From Ginglymostoma cirratum (taxonomy: Eukaryota), in NCBI GenBank assembly GCA_024137785.1, contig JAHRHZ010000048.1:12690256-12754255 (forward strand): DNA of 64,000 bases. Reading direction: 5' to 3'. Numbering within the stretch: the stretch's first letter is position 1; the number at the start of each line of letters is the position of its first letter. A model generated the notes under the pieces. The model searched no databases. It was not told the DNA's origin and worked only from the letters and a program-made list of their open reading frames with translations. Below, piece by piece: positions 53,241 through 64,000 of the stretch. Made by a program: the position numbers and the translations under genes.

Positions 53241-55719
53241 CCTGTTTCCTCTGAACAGAAGGGAAAATCTTTTTGATGCCTGATTGCTGTCTAAGCAACC
53301 CAGAGTATGACACAGACTTAACATACAGGAGTGGATTTCCCCCAGAGGTTGCATGGGTGTGGTAGAGGAGAGGAGGAGTAGGTGGCAGGAAATGGGACAT
53401 ATTTCACACACTCGACTAACGCATGTAGTTTTGCAGACCCTTTAAGATAAGTGCATAGTAGTCACAAATAAATAGCACAAAAAAAAACTTAACTAACATC
53501 GGAAATCAACCTCTGGCAATTCATAACTAACAGAAGACTCAGAGCGTCTTACTTGAATGGCATAAAAATTAATGCCAGTCCTGTTTTTACAATGCAGCAG
53601 GTAGCTCTTCTTTTCAAAAGAGCTATCTAAATTTTTGTTGTTAGATAACCATTAAAAATCGTTGTCCACTCCACAGTTTTGCCATGCGGAGGGTCCTACT
53701 GTGAAGGAGGTGGTCAACCTGTGGCCAACAGCAGAGGTTACACAGAAGAAATGAGGTGGTAGTTACTAAAGCAGCTTTGCTGTCAGGAGCAGCTAGATAG
53801 CAGGCTCTCTGAGGAGATTTCGTCTAGTTGGCTGGGTCACTCATTTCATTTATGGACTTGTCTATTATGCATTAACTCAAAATACAATTCCCAACATCAT
53901 CCTTTCCAGTGTTACATATACAGAAACTTTAATCCCAAGCAAACAAAAAATTGGTTCTCTGCACAAATTTGAATGAATTTATGTTCTTTTAAATGATCAT
54001 TGTTTGTGCGCTGAGCATTTCTTTAACTCAGGTTTTTTTTAAATATAAAAAGATGGACATTTTCCTCTGATTTTGGCTTGGAGACTGTCTGGTCCTTTAC
54101 TTGGTTTGTTTTGAATAAAGCTTTTCATTTGTGATCGATCCAACTTGTACCTCATATAATCTTACAGTACAGAAGGCTAACAAAAATGCAAATAAAGTAA
54201 ACACTATCATAAATACTGTTTGCAAAGTATTGAATTCATATTTAGTGCTGCAACTGCATTTTCAGGGGAAAAAACAGCCAAATTGAGTTACATAAATTTT
54301 CAGTTAACTGCTGCCCTGTGAGAATGGTACAAGACAGATAACCTTTGTTACTCTTGCAATTTAATCAGCTGCTGTAAGCCTTTAAATAGTTGCAGCAGTT
54401 CTGGGTATCCCACTGCATCAACATGTTCCCTATGACTGACCAACTTCCAGCAACAACTCACTATGGCAATTCAAGAAGCTGGAAATCGGAAGCTAGCTTG
54501 CTTGTTACTTGAGTGTCTGCAAAGACCCAAAGGCTACATCCTCTTTGATTGAACGATCCCAAACGAAAATCTATCCGATATGTGTCTTGATAAGTGCAAT
54601 ACTTCCATCATATCTTGCCTCAGTCTCATGATAGCTTCAGCATGTGCTTCTCAAGGACCGATTGCATTGAGAGAGCCTGATTTAAATATAACAATAACTT
54701 GTCCCACTATGTTTGTTTGCATGGCTCCCTATCTGCCAATGTCTCAGAGCATGCTGCCTGCAACTGGCTGTTGGAGGGGGTTAGGAGCTCGGAAGAAAGG
54801 TTAATACCAAGGTTCATTGCTTATAGTATGGTCAAAGCTCACTAGAAGTCTTGCGTTGGCTGGTAATTATGATGGCCAGGATAAGTTTACAACAAGCTGC
54901 TATTCATGACAGAAGAGTTAAAGGTCTCTTTAATGAGGTTCCAACCAGCTGCCTCATCACTCAATGCCTTGGCAACTCCTCAGTCAAAATCTTACTTTTC
55001 TTTGTGTCAGACTTGTGCTGGCATTGATGGGTCAGTACTGATGAACTGGCTGAGGCCCAGTGTCTAAGTTTACTTACATTAGCAAAGGCATTAATGACCA
55101 GGCAGCTGTCCCAATTCAAATCCAGGACTCTACCAGAAGGCGTAAAGCAATTAGTTGCTAGCACAATATTAACCAGTGCTTAGCTAGCCACAGTATTGAT
55201 CCCAAAAGAGGATCACTTAGAGGTTAGGCCCAAACATACTCTCTGTGACAGTACAAACTCTTTACACAGTGGCTCAGAGGAAGGTTGGTGGTCAGGACAA
55301 TGTCCCACTCGCAACTTTCAGAGCAACATTGGTGATATCCCGGGATTAAGAGATCTGCTTCCCGTTTACCGAAGCCAGAATCTGCTGACACCTGCTGTAT
55401 CTTGCAACTGTACATACACAGAAGGGCTAGGTCATCATGGAGAATTCCAATGATGTCATTCACAAAGGAACTGCATGTACCCATACTACTGAAATGAAGG
55501 AGTGAGGATCAGTGTGGGCGTTGGGGGAGGGTGTTGGAGGACAGCAAGGATCGAGGGGGCAGGGCAGAGGAACAGAGGGGGTGGGCAGGAGATAATGTGG
55601 ATGGGATATAGAATGAGGAAATGGGGGGGTAAATGGGAGTGACTAAAGGTGTGCAGTCCACATATGTGTGGTGTCAACAGTCAACACCCAACACTGGATA
55701 TTTTATTTTCCTCCCCAGA

Positions 55720-55897
55720 TCAAAGGACTGCGGATGCTGGAAATCAGGAATTGCTGGAAAAACTCAGTAGACCTGGCAGCATCTAGCAGTTTGAAATCAG
55801 AACTGATTTCAGTTCTGGAGAAGGATCACTGGACCTGACAGTTTAACAGTGCTTTCTCTCCACAGATGCTGAGTTTTTCCAGCAACTTCTGATTTTG
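55720..55897 (-). mobile_element. Fold-back family B insert (decayed hammerhead)
   Basis: ttgctggaaaaactcag inverted against ctgagtttttccagcaa; central cagttctggagaaggatcactggacctga. Confidence 0.7.
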
Positions 55898-56118
55898 AAT
55901 GATTCAGGGAACCAGTGTTAAGAAAATTTAATTCACTAACAGATTGTTATCTATACAAAATATTCAATAAAATACAACAAGATAGTTAGCAGTATTATTT
56001 TTAGATTCGTTGTTTTCAGACAACAGGGATGTAAGTCTCAAGCTTGAATGAACTGTTATCTATATTCGGCATTGCTTAACTTGGACACCCCCCTAAAACA
56101 CAGCAAATAATTTAAACT

Positions 56119-56332
56119 GAGATAACAAGGTGTAGAGCTGGATGAACACAGCAGGCCAAGCAGCACCAGAGGAGCAGGAAGGTTGACGTTTCGAGCCTGG
56201 ACTCTGAAGAAGGGTCTAGGCCCGAAACATCAGCTTTCCTGCTCCTTCGATGCTGCTTGGCCTGCTGTGTTCATCCAGCTCTACACCTTGTTATCTCAGA
56301 TTCTCCAGCATCTGCAGTTCCTACTATCTCTG
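56119..56332 (+). mobile_element. Fold-back Penelope-derived insert (family A) with hammerhead motif and 14-bp TSD
   Basis: About 80-bp inverted arms; CTGAAGA-A-GGGTCTAGGCCC-GAAA-CATC at 56204-56231; perfect TSD AAATAATTTAAACT (56105-56118, 56333-56346). Confidence 0.85.
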
Positions 56333-57854
56333 AAATAATTTAAACTATTTTTCTGTAAAAAGTCTCCCCCCTCACCCCACTTTAACAAAGTTACATTTGT
56401 CTCATGGAGATCTAAAATAATTTATATTTGACATCACAGAATTATCATGGACTCAGAAAAGATATTACAAGATTGATTTGTTTTATAGGCTCCTACCTAT
56501 TGCCTGAAATCCATTCAAAAGCTCAGCTGTTTCTAAGTAGTAAATAGGCCTCCCATTTTATAACCCTGGTGGTCAAATTTCAAAGGCTCACATTTGCAAC
56601 ATTTGGACAAAAATTTAAAAAATTCCAGTGTTCTAATTATGTGATGCTACTTGCACTTTTATCAGTTACTTACTTCTCAAGCCAATAACAATTCTTTTGC
56701 TCAGTCCTAAACACTCATAGCTCCAATCATTTCAATATCAATCTGTATTTAAAGAAAATAAACATGACAATTTAACTCACTATCGCAAAAAACAAACTCA
56801 AAACAGGAAAAAGCAATTCCATGCACATAATTAATCCACCCTTGGGAGGTGCATTCACAATCCACAGACTGCATTCGTGAAAAGTGCTTTGGTTTTGCAC
56901 CAACTGTGCAATTACAGTGTAAATGTTGCTTGGATGTTGCATGGGGAGCTGACCTGACACCAGAAGGAAGCTGAGTAATCTTGACTCCCTACAGGAGGTT
57001 GCTTTGCTGTTTCATTTGAGAGCCAGTTTGGACCTTGGCACCCAATTTACACTCCAAGATTAGCACTAGCGTGAAGCTCTGCACAGACAATGAATTTGTT
57101 GAGTGCGAAGGCACTGCGACTGAAAGCATAATTAACACCAACAGCAAGCACAGGCAATTCTTTGCAATTTGTTGACTCTTCTAAATTACCATTAAAGGAA
57201 TGCTGGGAAGTGTTGCCCCTTAAGAGACTGCAGTGCAGACAGCCTGCACACCATCCTATTCCTCAATGTTAAACTCAAATTGGAATATTGGTTCCTTCTT
57301 TTAAATACATATAAAATATATATTGTATACGTGATTCTTTGAAATTATATTCATAACATATTATTAATTTTACTGATTCATTTTGTTGTATCAAATGCTT
57401 TATATTTTGCTGTTACTAATACCTGCCTGTTGTGTGGTTTTATTTGTGGTTTTGAGCCTCCAAAGCCTCCTTTCTAGCTAATTTCCTGTTTACTGACTCT
57501 AAAGCTGCTTCAGTCTCTGATGATTACTTGTTTATCATGTACCCTCTGTTCATGCCTAACAAAATATAATGTAACATAACTGAAAATAATATATGACATT
57601 TCACTGTAATTATAATTCACTTCTTGGTCCTTTTAGGCATGCTGTTACACATTTACAAAACATTACACCTGGTGTAATTTCAATAATACATGGAATTAAA
57701 AAAAGTTACTAGCACTATCTTTTGAACTGTCACTAAGAAGGGGAGACACACATGGGACAATTTTAAACCTCCACGGTGGTAGGAGAGGGGCTTCGCAATT
57801 ACCAGGGACCACCCTCTGCCTCCTACCACAGGCTTTAACGTCCCCCGTCAAACT

Positions 57855-58213
57855 GGGGTGGCACTGGTTAGTGGTTAACACTGCTGCCTCATAGTGCCAG
57901 GGACCCAAGTTCTATTCCAGCCACAGGTGACAGTCTGTATGGAGTTTGTATGTTCTTCGTGTCCAGAAGGGTTTCCTGTGGGTGCTCCAGTTTCCTCCCA
58001 CAGTCCAAAGACTTGCAGGTCAGATGGACTGATCATGTTAAATTGCCCATAGAGTCCAGAGATGTGCAGGCTAGATGGATTAGGTATGGGAATGCAGGGT
58101 TACAGGGATAGGGTACGGGGTGAGTCTGAGTGGGATGCTCCTTGGAGGGTCAGTGTGGACTCGATGGGCTGAATGGCCCGTTTCCACACTGTAGGGATTC
58201 TACGATTCTATGA
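57855..58213 (+). mobile_element. HE1-like SINE
   Basis: Same head, V-domain and gggattctacgattctatga tail. Confidence 0.85.
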
Positions 58214-61200
58214 ATTACCTGGCAATCAGGCGGGAAACTCTGCAGAAAGTTTCAAATGAGATCCTGTGGTTAACTTCAACAGGGGCTCCACCTTAACAGG
58301 ATCTACAGATTTCCCCAGTTGCTGCTGGACACCCCTTGCACCCATCCCCACATGAAAATCGGGCTGCTGACTCCATTCCATATCTTTGGGGCTATGTTAA
58401 CAGTTACTTCTATAATTAAAGATTTTCTACCCATTACCGAAACAACAAAAGGCATATTCAAATCCACCAAATTCATTGGAAAATAACTTCAACTAATCTC
58501 TGTCAAATACACAATTAATGCAATAATCTGAAATGACTTGTCCACAGCTGATTCAGTGAAAAGTAAAAGCCCACCAAATAAAGGAAAATTAAGAAATTTT
58601 CAGAGATAGTGGCCTGGATTTTCTATTTCCTGTTGGAAGAAGGGCTTCTACTCACTGCATAAGACCTGCTACCAATCTGAACCTTTCCCCAAGGTGAGAG
58701 CCAGGTGCTTATGCAGGATAGATGTTGGCAGATTCCCTGCAAAAGGCAGTCTGCCCTTGAACTATGCAAAGTTTAGCAATGTTATTCCAGCCACTTTCTG
58801 TGGGTGCAGAAGAGAAGCATTTACAATAGTGTGAGTGGAAGTGAGAGCAATGGTTGTGCTTTGCAGAAAAGCTGCAAAGGCCTTTTTTCAATTTCCAATT
58901 TCAAAACAGGTTATCTAAAATTGTGGGATCTCACCACAGGTTAAGAAGCCTTGACAATAAGCAAGGAGTATGCCAGGGAGCCATCTACAGCATGTTAAAC
59001 CCAACTGATGTCTCATCCTGGCGACAGTGATATCGTGTTATTGACATGCAGTGGACAGTTAAGGGGCAGAGTGAGGAAGGAGAGGTCATGGTGGACATCC
59101 TGATGTTTCCATTGCTCTCACCATCATGTCTGATCTGCAGAGCAAGAGACCAACAACTTTAGAGGTCTGCCACAAAACTGAACCTAAACAAAACCACCCT
59201 GAATTTATGTGGTGCAGTTTTGATACTACGCCCTTTTCCACTAGCTTAATTGGATACCAATTCACTCAATTTTATATTTGCTTAAATTACAAAGATTCAA
59301 TTCCTTCACTCTTCCATTCCCATTTTGATAATTTCTCACTCTTGATCTTCTATTGAAGGTGATGCATAGTAAATGTGATTCCATAGCTCATCAAAGCAGC
59401 ATTTTTTTTTAAACAGCCTGTAGAGTAAGTATCAATTGCTTTTTGATCATAGGATCTTTTTATAATTTGATGTGCACAAATCCAAAGTGGTCCACATACA
59501 GCACTGGACAGTGAAAATCATGGCCAGAGTCTTTTCTAGGCTCAGGAACTTCCAGATCCTTTGTGCTCCAATTAGGACCAGCTAACTCAGCACTAGCCAA
59601 AGATTTATGATTCTGCAATACAAGGCCAGTGCCACACACCCGATTGTCCAAAAGGTAGGCATTTTACTCTTTGGGCATCACTCAGCATTTACAACTGTTT
59701 GTTGGTACATTGTCACATCAAATAACAGGAGTCTCAAGTACCAGCATTCTGCAGGGATCCTGGACTGCACTCCTCATAGTTCAACTCAGAAGATAGGATG
59801 GGCTTTTCAATTAAATTGAGAGACTTAAATCCAGACGCGTATTTTGGGTTTGCATGGTATGTCAATTTCTTTGTTGACAGGTAATGTCAAATCTGGGAAT
59901 ATCCAACAAGGTCTCAAACTGGACAGTGCTGGTTTTCAGACATCCAACTTGTAGCACGTAGTAAAATGCTAATGAATGTAAAACAATCTATAAAAGTGGG
60001 ATTTGAAGGAGATTACGGGGTCTTTGAACATTTTCTCAAAATACCAGTTCAGTATTATTTTGGTGTATAATTAAAATATGATACTATGGTGCACAGCACA
60101 TCATAGGAGCATTGTGGAGAATGGAAAGCATGGCCTGGTCATTCTCTGTCCAATGATTACAATGGATAGACAATTGTAGGGAATGCCCTTTTGAGAAACA
60201 TTCAGATCAAAAACGTTCACTTGTGATGTCAGCCCCACGTACAAAGCAGTTATACCAAACGCATGACAAGATTTTGATGCAAAACATTAAGACTGATCAC
60301 CATCTCAACGCGCAGTTGCTGCAATCCTCATAAAATGTTTCACCAGACACAATTACACGGTCAACCTCCAGTAAACAACCTGAAATCCTTTTAATCTGAA
60401 GCAGAAAGTCTGCAAAGAGATTTTCTGCAAATACTTGGCATATGTTTTGTCTTCTGTACGCCAACTCTGTCTAAACTTCCACTAATGTACAGGATCATTA
60501 AATCAGCACATGGTAAACAGGTGCTGTCATTTCTAACACCTGTCAGCCGTTCAAGGCCTTGATCCTCCATCTTAGCCAATCAGCTGGGTACTCTATACAC
60601 CATGGCCATACATGGCTCTGTTATTTGGTACCCTGAAGGTCATGAAGTGCGAGCCCAGCTAGCTCTTGCTGCCAGCTCAGACAGTTCCCAGCACTGATAT
60701 GAGTAAAGCAAATATTCACCCTCTACTGGGAAAAACGCTCAGCAGACAGGCTTCTGCTACCGTTTCTGGAAGTCTTTTCTCAGTGCAACTCTGGAGGGGC
60801 TGTTGTCACCATCAGGGAGCTTAAAACAACAGCATTCCATTAAAAGATAACACACCACAAAGCCTTTCTGATATCGAAGTCCTGTCACCTTATCACTTCA
60901 TTTGAGCTACAGCTTTCAGCCCCAAAGCCGCGAAGTAATTTTGTTTTTTTTTATCATTAGTCAGTAACACAATAGCTTCAGCCTTGTTCTACGCACGGGA
61001 GTACATCTGGAATGCTGTAATCTCTTAACAGAGCCCAGTGAGAGCTATGGGAAATAACGAAGCTTCCATGTTCTCAGAGCTGGCTGCATTTTCACTTTGA
61101 TAAGGGATAACACTGAGGGCTGGGAGGTGGCAGTGGTGACTGCATCTTATGGCATTTTCAGATCACTTAAAGAACTCCACAATTCTCTGTCAGTCAAATC

Positions 61201-61394
61201 CTTTGAAGTTTCATTTACGTAAGTGAAGATAAATCAGCTTCTATCAGTTATTAAAGGATATGGGGCTTGAATATTCATTCAGGGGTGAGGAATATCACAA
61301 CTTAAGGTTTGGGAGTTGGCTTGTCAGATAATCAGTGGATCCTGGTGTTGGAGGCCAGATGGGAAACTCTGCAGAACTCCCAAAATTGTTTTTC

Positions 61395-61520
61395 TGGAGG
61401 TGAGGGAGAGGGAGAGGGAGAGGCAGTGGAGGAGAGATGGTGGGGGCGGGGGGGGGGGTGGGGAGGGAGTGTGGGGAAGAGTGGGGAAAAGTTGGGTGGA
61501 GGGGAAAGAGAAAGAGAAGG
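61395..61520 (+). repeat. G-rich purine tract with G-quadruplex/triplex potential
   Basis: (GGGAGA)n followed by multiple G4-G11 runs. Confidence 0.8.
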
Positions 61521-61797
61521 CCAGTTATTACTGATATCAGGCACTTTTTTCCATGCATACTGTGCCTCTCCTCTCCACCCACACATTCCCACCCTGAGCC
61601 CACCCACTGGCCCAGATATGTTCCACGCCAACCTCAGCAGCCTGTACTGCTGACTGGAAATCCCAGTTGGTGCAGGTATGGCCTTTGATTAAAAGTAACT
61701 TGTAGAGGCTACCCACTGCTTTCATCTGATCTGGATCCTGACCTTGCTTAAAATTTTGACCTTGGTAATTGTGAAATCAAACGTTCTTTAATAGCTG

Positions 61798-62015
61798 ACA
61801 CAGCGTGGAGCTGGAGGAATGCAGCAAGCCAGGCAGCATCAGAGGAGCAGGAAAGCTGACATTTTGGGTCGGGATCCTTCTTCAGAAAATAGGTTTCTGA
61901 AGGGTCCTGACCCGAAACATCAGCTTTCCTGGTCCTGTGATGCTGCCTGGCCTGCTGTGTTCCTCCAGCTCCACACTGTGTTATCTCAAACTCCAACATT
62001 GGCAGTTTTTTCTGA
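61798..62015 (+). mobile_element. Fold-back family A insert with 15-bp TSD
   Basis: Inverted arms around ttcagaaaataggtttctgaa; TSD GTTCTTTAATAGCTG (61783-61797, 62016-62030). Confidence 0.85.
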
Positions 62016-62477
62016 GTTCTTTAATAGCTGCAGTGAATGGAATTAAATTTGCATGAATGGTAAAAGTCTACATCAACAGCTTGGGGAATATTCTGCACTT
62101 CATGATTAACTGGGAAAGGTTTGCAAGCCAGAAATAAAGTCGTCATGATCATTATATCCATTCATAAATTAAATGGTGTAAACACCATCAATAGCACATC
62201 AAGATTGCTCTGTTATTTCCTCTAAATATTCCATGTTGATACTTCGTCACTAATTTACTTCTCCATTTGCCTAAAGTAACCAAGTCATGTTGCACAATGG
62301 TGCCAACCACTCTCACTCATTTCAACCAAGTGGTCAGTCTTCATGTGCAGCAACAACTTTCATTCATATAGCACATTAATGCAGAAGTAGTCCCAAGTTG
62401 CCCAAAAGATCTTTTCATAGAAAAGTCAACAAATCAGATTAATGGTCTGTTTTCATCCATCCAACACACAATCTCTC

Positions 62478-62577
62478 NNNNNNNNNNNNNNNNNNNNNNN
62501 NNNNNNNNNNNNNNNNNNNNNNNNNNNNNNNNNNNNNNNNNNNNNNNNNNNNNNNNNNNNNNNNNNNNNNNNNNNNN
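62478..62577. other. Assembly gap (100 N)
   Basis: Run of n. Confidence 0.99.
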
Positions 62578-62595
62578 ACACACACACACACACAA

Positions 62596-62642
<47 letters not shown>
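62578..62642 (+). repeat. (CA)n microsatellite
   Basis: Direct reading; abuts the assembly gap. Confidence 0.95.
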
Positions 62643-62644
<2 letters not shown>

Positions 62645-63789
62645 TTATGAATACCAATTCAGGAATTGAAATACTGGCTGTTTTCCTGATAGTCTCTCTC
62701 ACGAAGACTAAGGCCAGCAGCTAAATGCTCCCAGGCTGAGATCAGAGAACCTATCACAGACCATGGATTGAACCTGAACCTTGCGTGTCTGTATGGTTCA
62801 TTTCCACAATGGGCTGTGCTCATCACCAATTGAGCCTTTGAAGGAACTCAAATTTCTCAATCATATACCAAATTTAATCATTTGAGGGCTGGCAAACCCA
62901 TCATTTCCAATGTACACGTGCTCCATGGATTTACAGGTTGTACCATGGTTGTCCAGCAGTCTCAGAATTGGGCTTTTGCTAGACCACAGGAGGTTGAGTA
63001 TATTCAATGTACAAAGACATTAAAGTAAAAAGTCCTCCCTTGATTTTAAGAATCGCCTCTCTAACGGTTAAATTATCTTCCAGTTGGACACCAAAAACAG
63101 GATCTTGGGTATCCAAACTAGAAAAAGTGTAATCAAAAGTAGTATTAATAAATAGTGATGCAGAGACACTGCAGGAAAAACTAGAAGTCCCGTGGGTGCC
63201 ACACCACAGAGGATGCCAAATCAGAGGGGAGTAGATTAGGAAGGTACAGCCTGTACTAAAAGTTTAGTCACCAGTATTTTTAAAGTTAGGTCAAAATGAA
63301 CTAAATAAGTATTTTACTCGATTTTAGTTTACATCAAGCAAACTGCAGTGGCCAAATGTGGTGATTTAATCATTACTTTTATTCCGCACTGGCTGCTTGA
63401 AGGCAATGTCTTAAATAACTGAACGATTATGAAATGCCAAGGTGGGAAATGCAAGAAACAATAAAGATCCAGACAATGTTTTCCAACAATCTGTTCTCTG
63501 TATCACGTTCAAAAAAATCACTCATGTAAATAACTAACTCGGTAAAACAAAACAAACGGGCCGAGATAGGTTTTCATGTCATAAAACGAACAAAATAATG
63601 AAAACTCATGGCCGACTACAGAGGTAAACATCACTACTGCAGGTAAACCTTGTATTACATTAAATGTACTTTAAATGACAAAGGTTGTGCCATGGATTGT
63701 GCCAAACAGCTATAAATCCATTCATCAATTATTCACCAAACTATAAAACCTAGCCACTAATGACAATGAAAATCAGCCGTGATGTAGTA

Positions 63790-64000
63790 TTATGTATTTT
63801 ATACTGTCTCAGCTCATCTGCTAATGAAACTCCCATTTGTGCCTCCAGACCCAACTATTCCAATTTACTACAAACTGGTCACCCATAGTCTACTGCTCTG
63901 TAAACTTGAAGTCGTTCAAGATTTTGCTGCCTTTTTCTTGACTTGCGTCAAATTGCTTTCCTCTACCAACTCCACGCTCATTGACCTACACTGGCTTCAT
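63790..64000 (+). mobile_element. L2 LINE relic (others at about 19850-20220, 41830-42050, 48560-48860)
   Basis: Decayed SSSANET...SRPNYSN...KLEVVQDFAA, resembling the L2 ORF2 motif ETLIHAFVTSRLDYSN...LQ.IQNSAA. Confidence 0.5.

Noticed and set aside
56119-56297. Pre-miRNA hairpin or classical MITE
   Set aside because: Multi-copy, the arms are not terminal on both sides (unpaired 35-nt tail), TSDs are 14-15 bp and the sequence relates to Penelope ends.
61295-62702. Pro/Gly-rich and CV/HT-repeat ORFs
   Set aside because: Translations of low-complexity tracts, a microsatellite and an N gap.
47073-64000. MADS-box/MEF2-domain exons
   Set aside because: I found no sequence encoding MGRKKIQI or [21 protein letters not shown] by eye or in the ORF track; they should be upstream of the window.

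Overview
Vertebrate genomic DNA, probably an elasmobranch (shark), inferred from HE1/V-type SINEs and CR1 and Penelope repeats. The window holds the 3' part of a MEF2A gene on the minus strand. I reconstructed nine coding exons with canonical GT-AG sites and a continuous frame: the mutually exclusive alpha1/alpha2 exons (only 50 nt apart), three constitutive exons, the 24-nt beta microexon, two more exons and the terminal exon (stop at 7885). A long AT-rich 3'UTR follows, possibly to about 2400. The MADS/MEF2-domain exons are not in the window and should lie beyond 64000. The introns carry SINE/LINE relics, a decayed Penelope GIY-YIG element and about 11 short Penelope-derived inserts. Most of these inserts are fold-back (part-palindromic), carry a minimal hammerhead ribozyme motif, and several have 14-15 bp target-site duplications. 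One copy (49637-49674) has an intact hammerhead core in the sense of the MEF2A pre-mRNA. Exon coordinates were counted base by base; repeat boundaries are approximate and family names come from recalled consensus sequences, not database searches.
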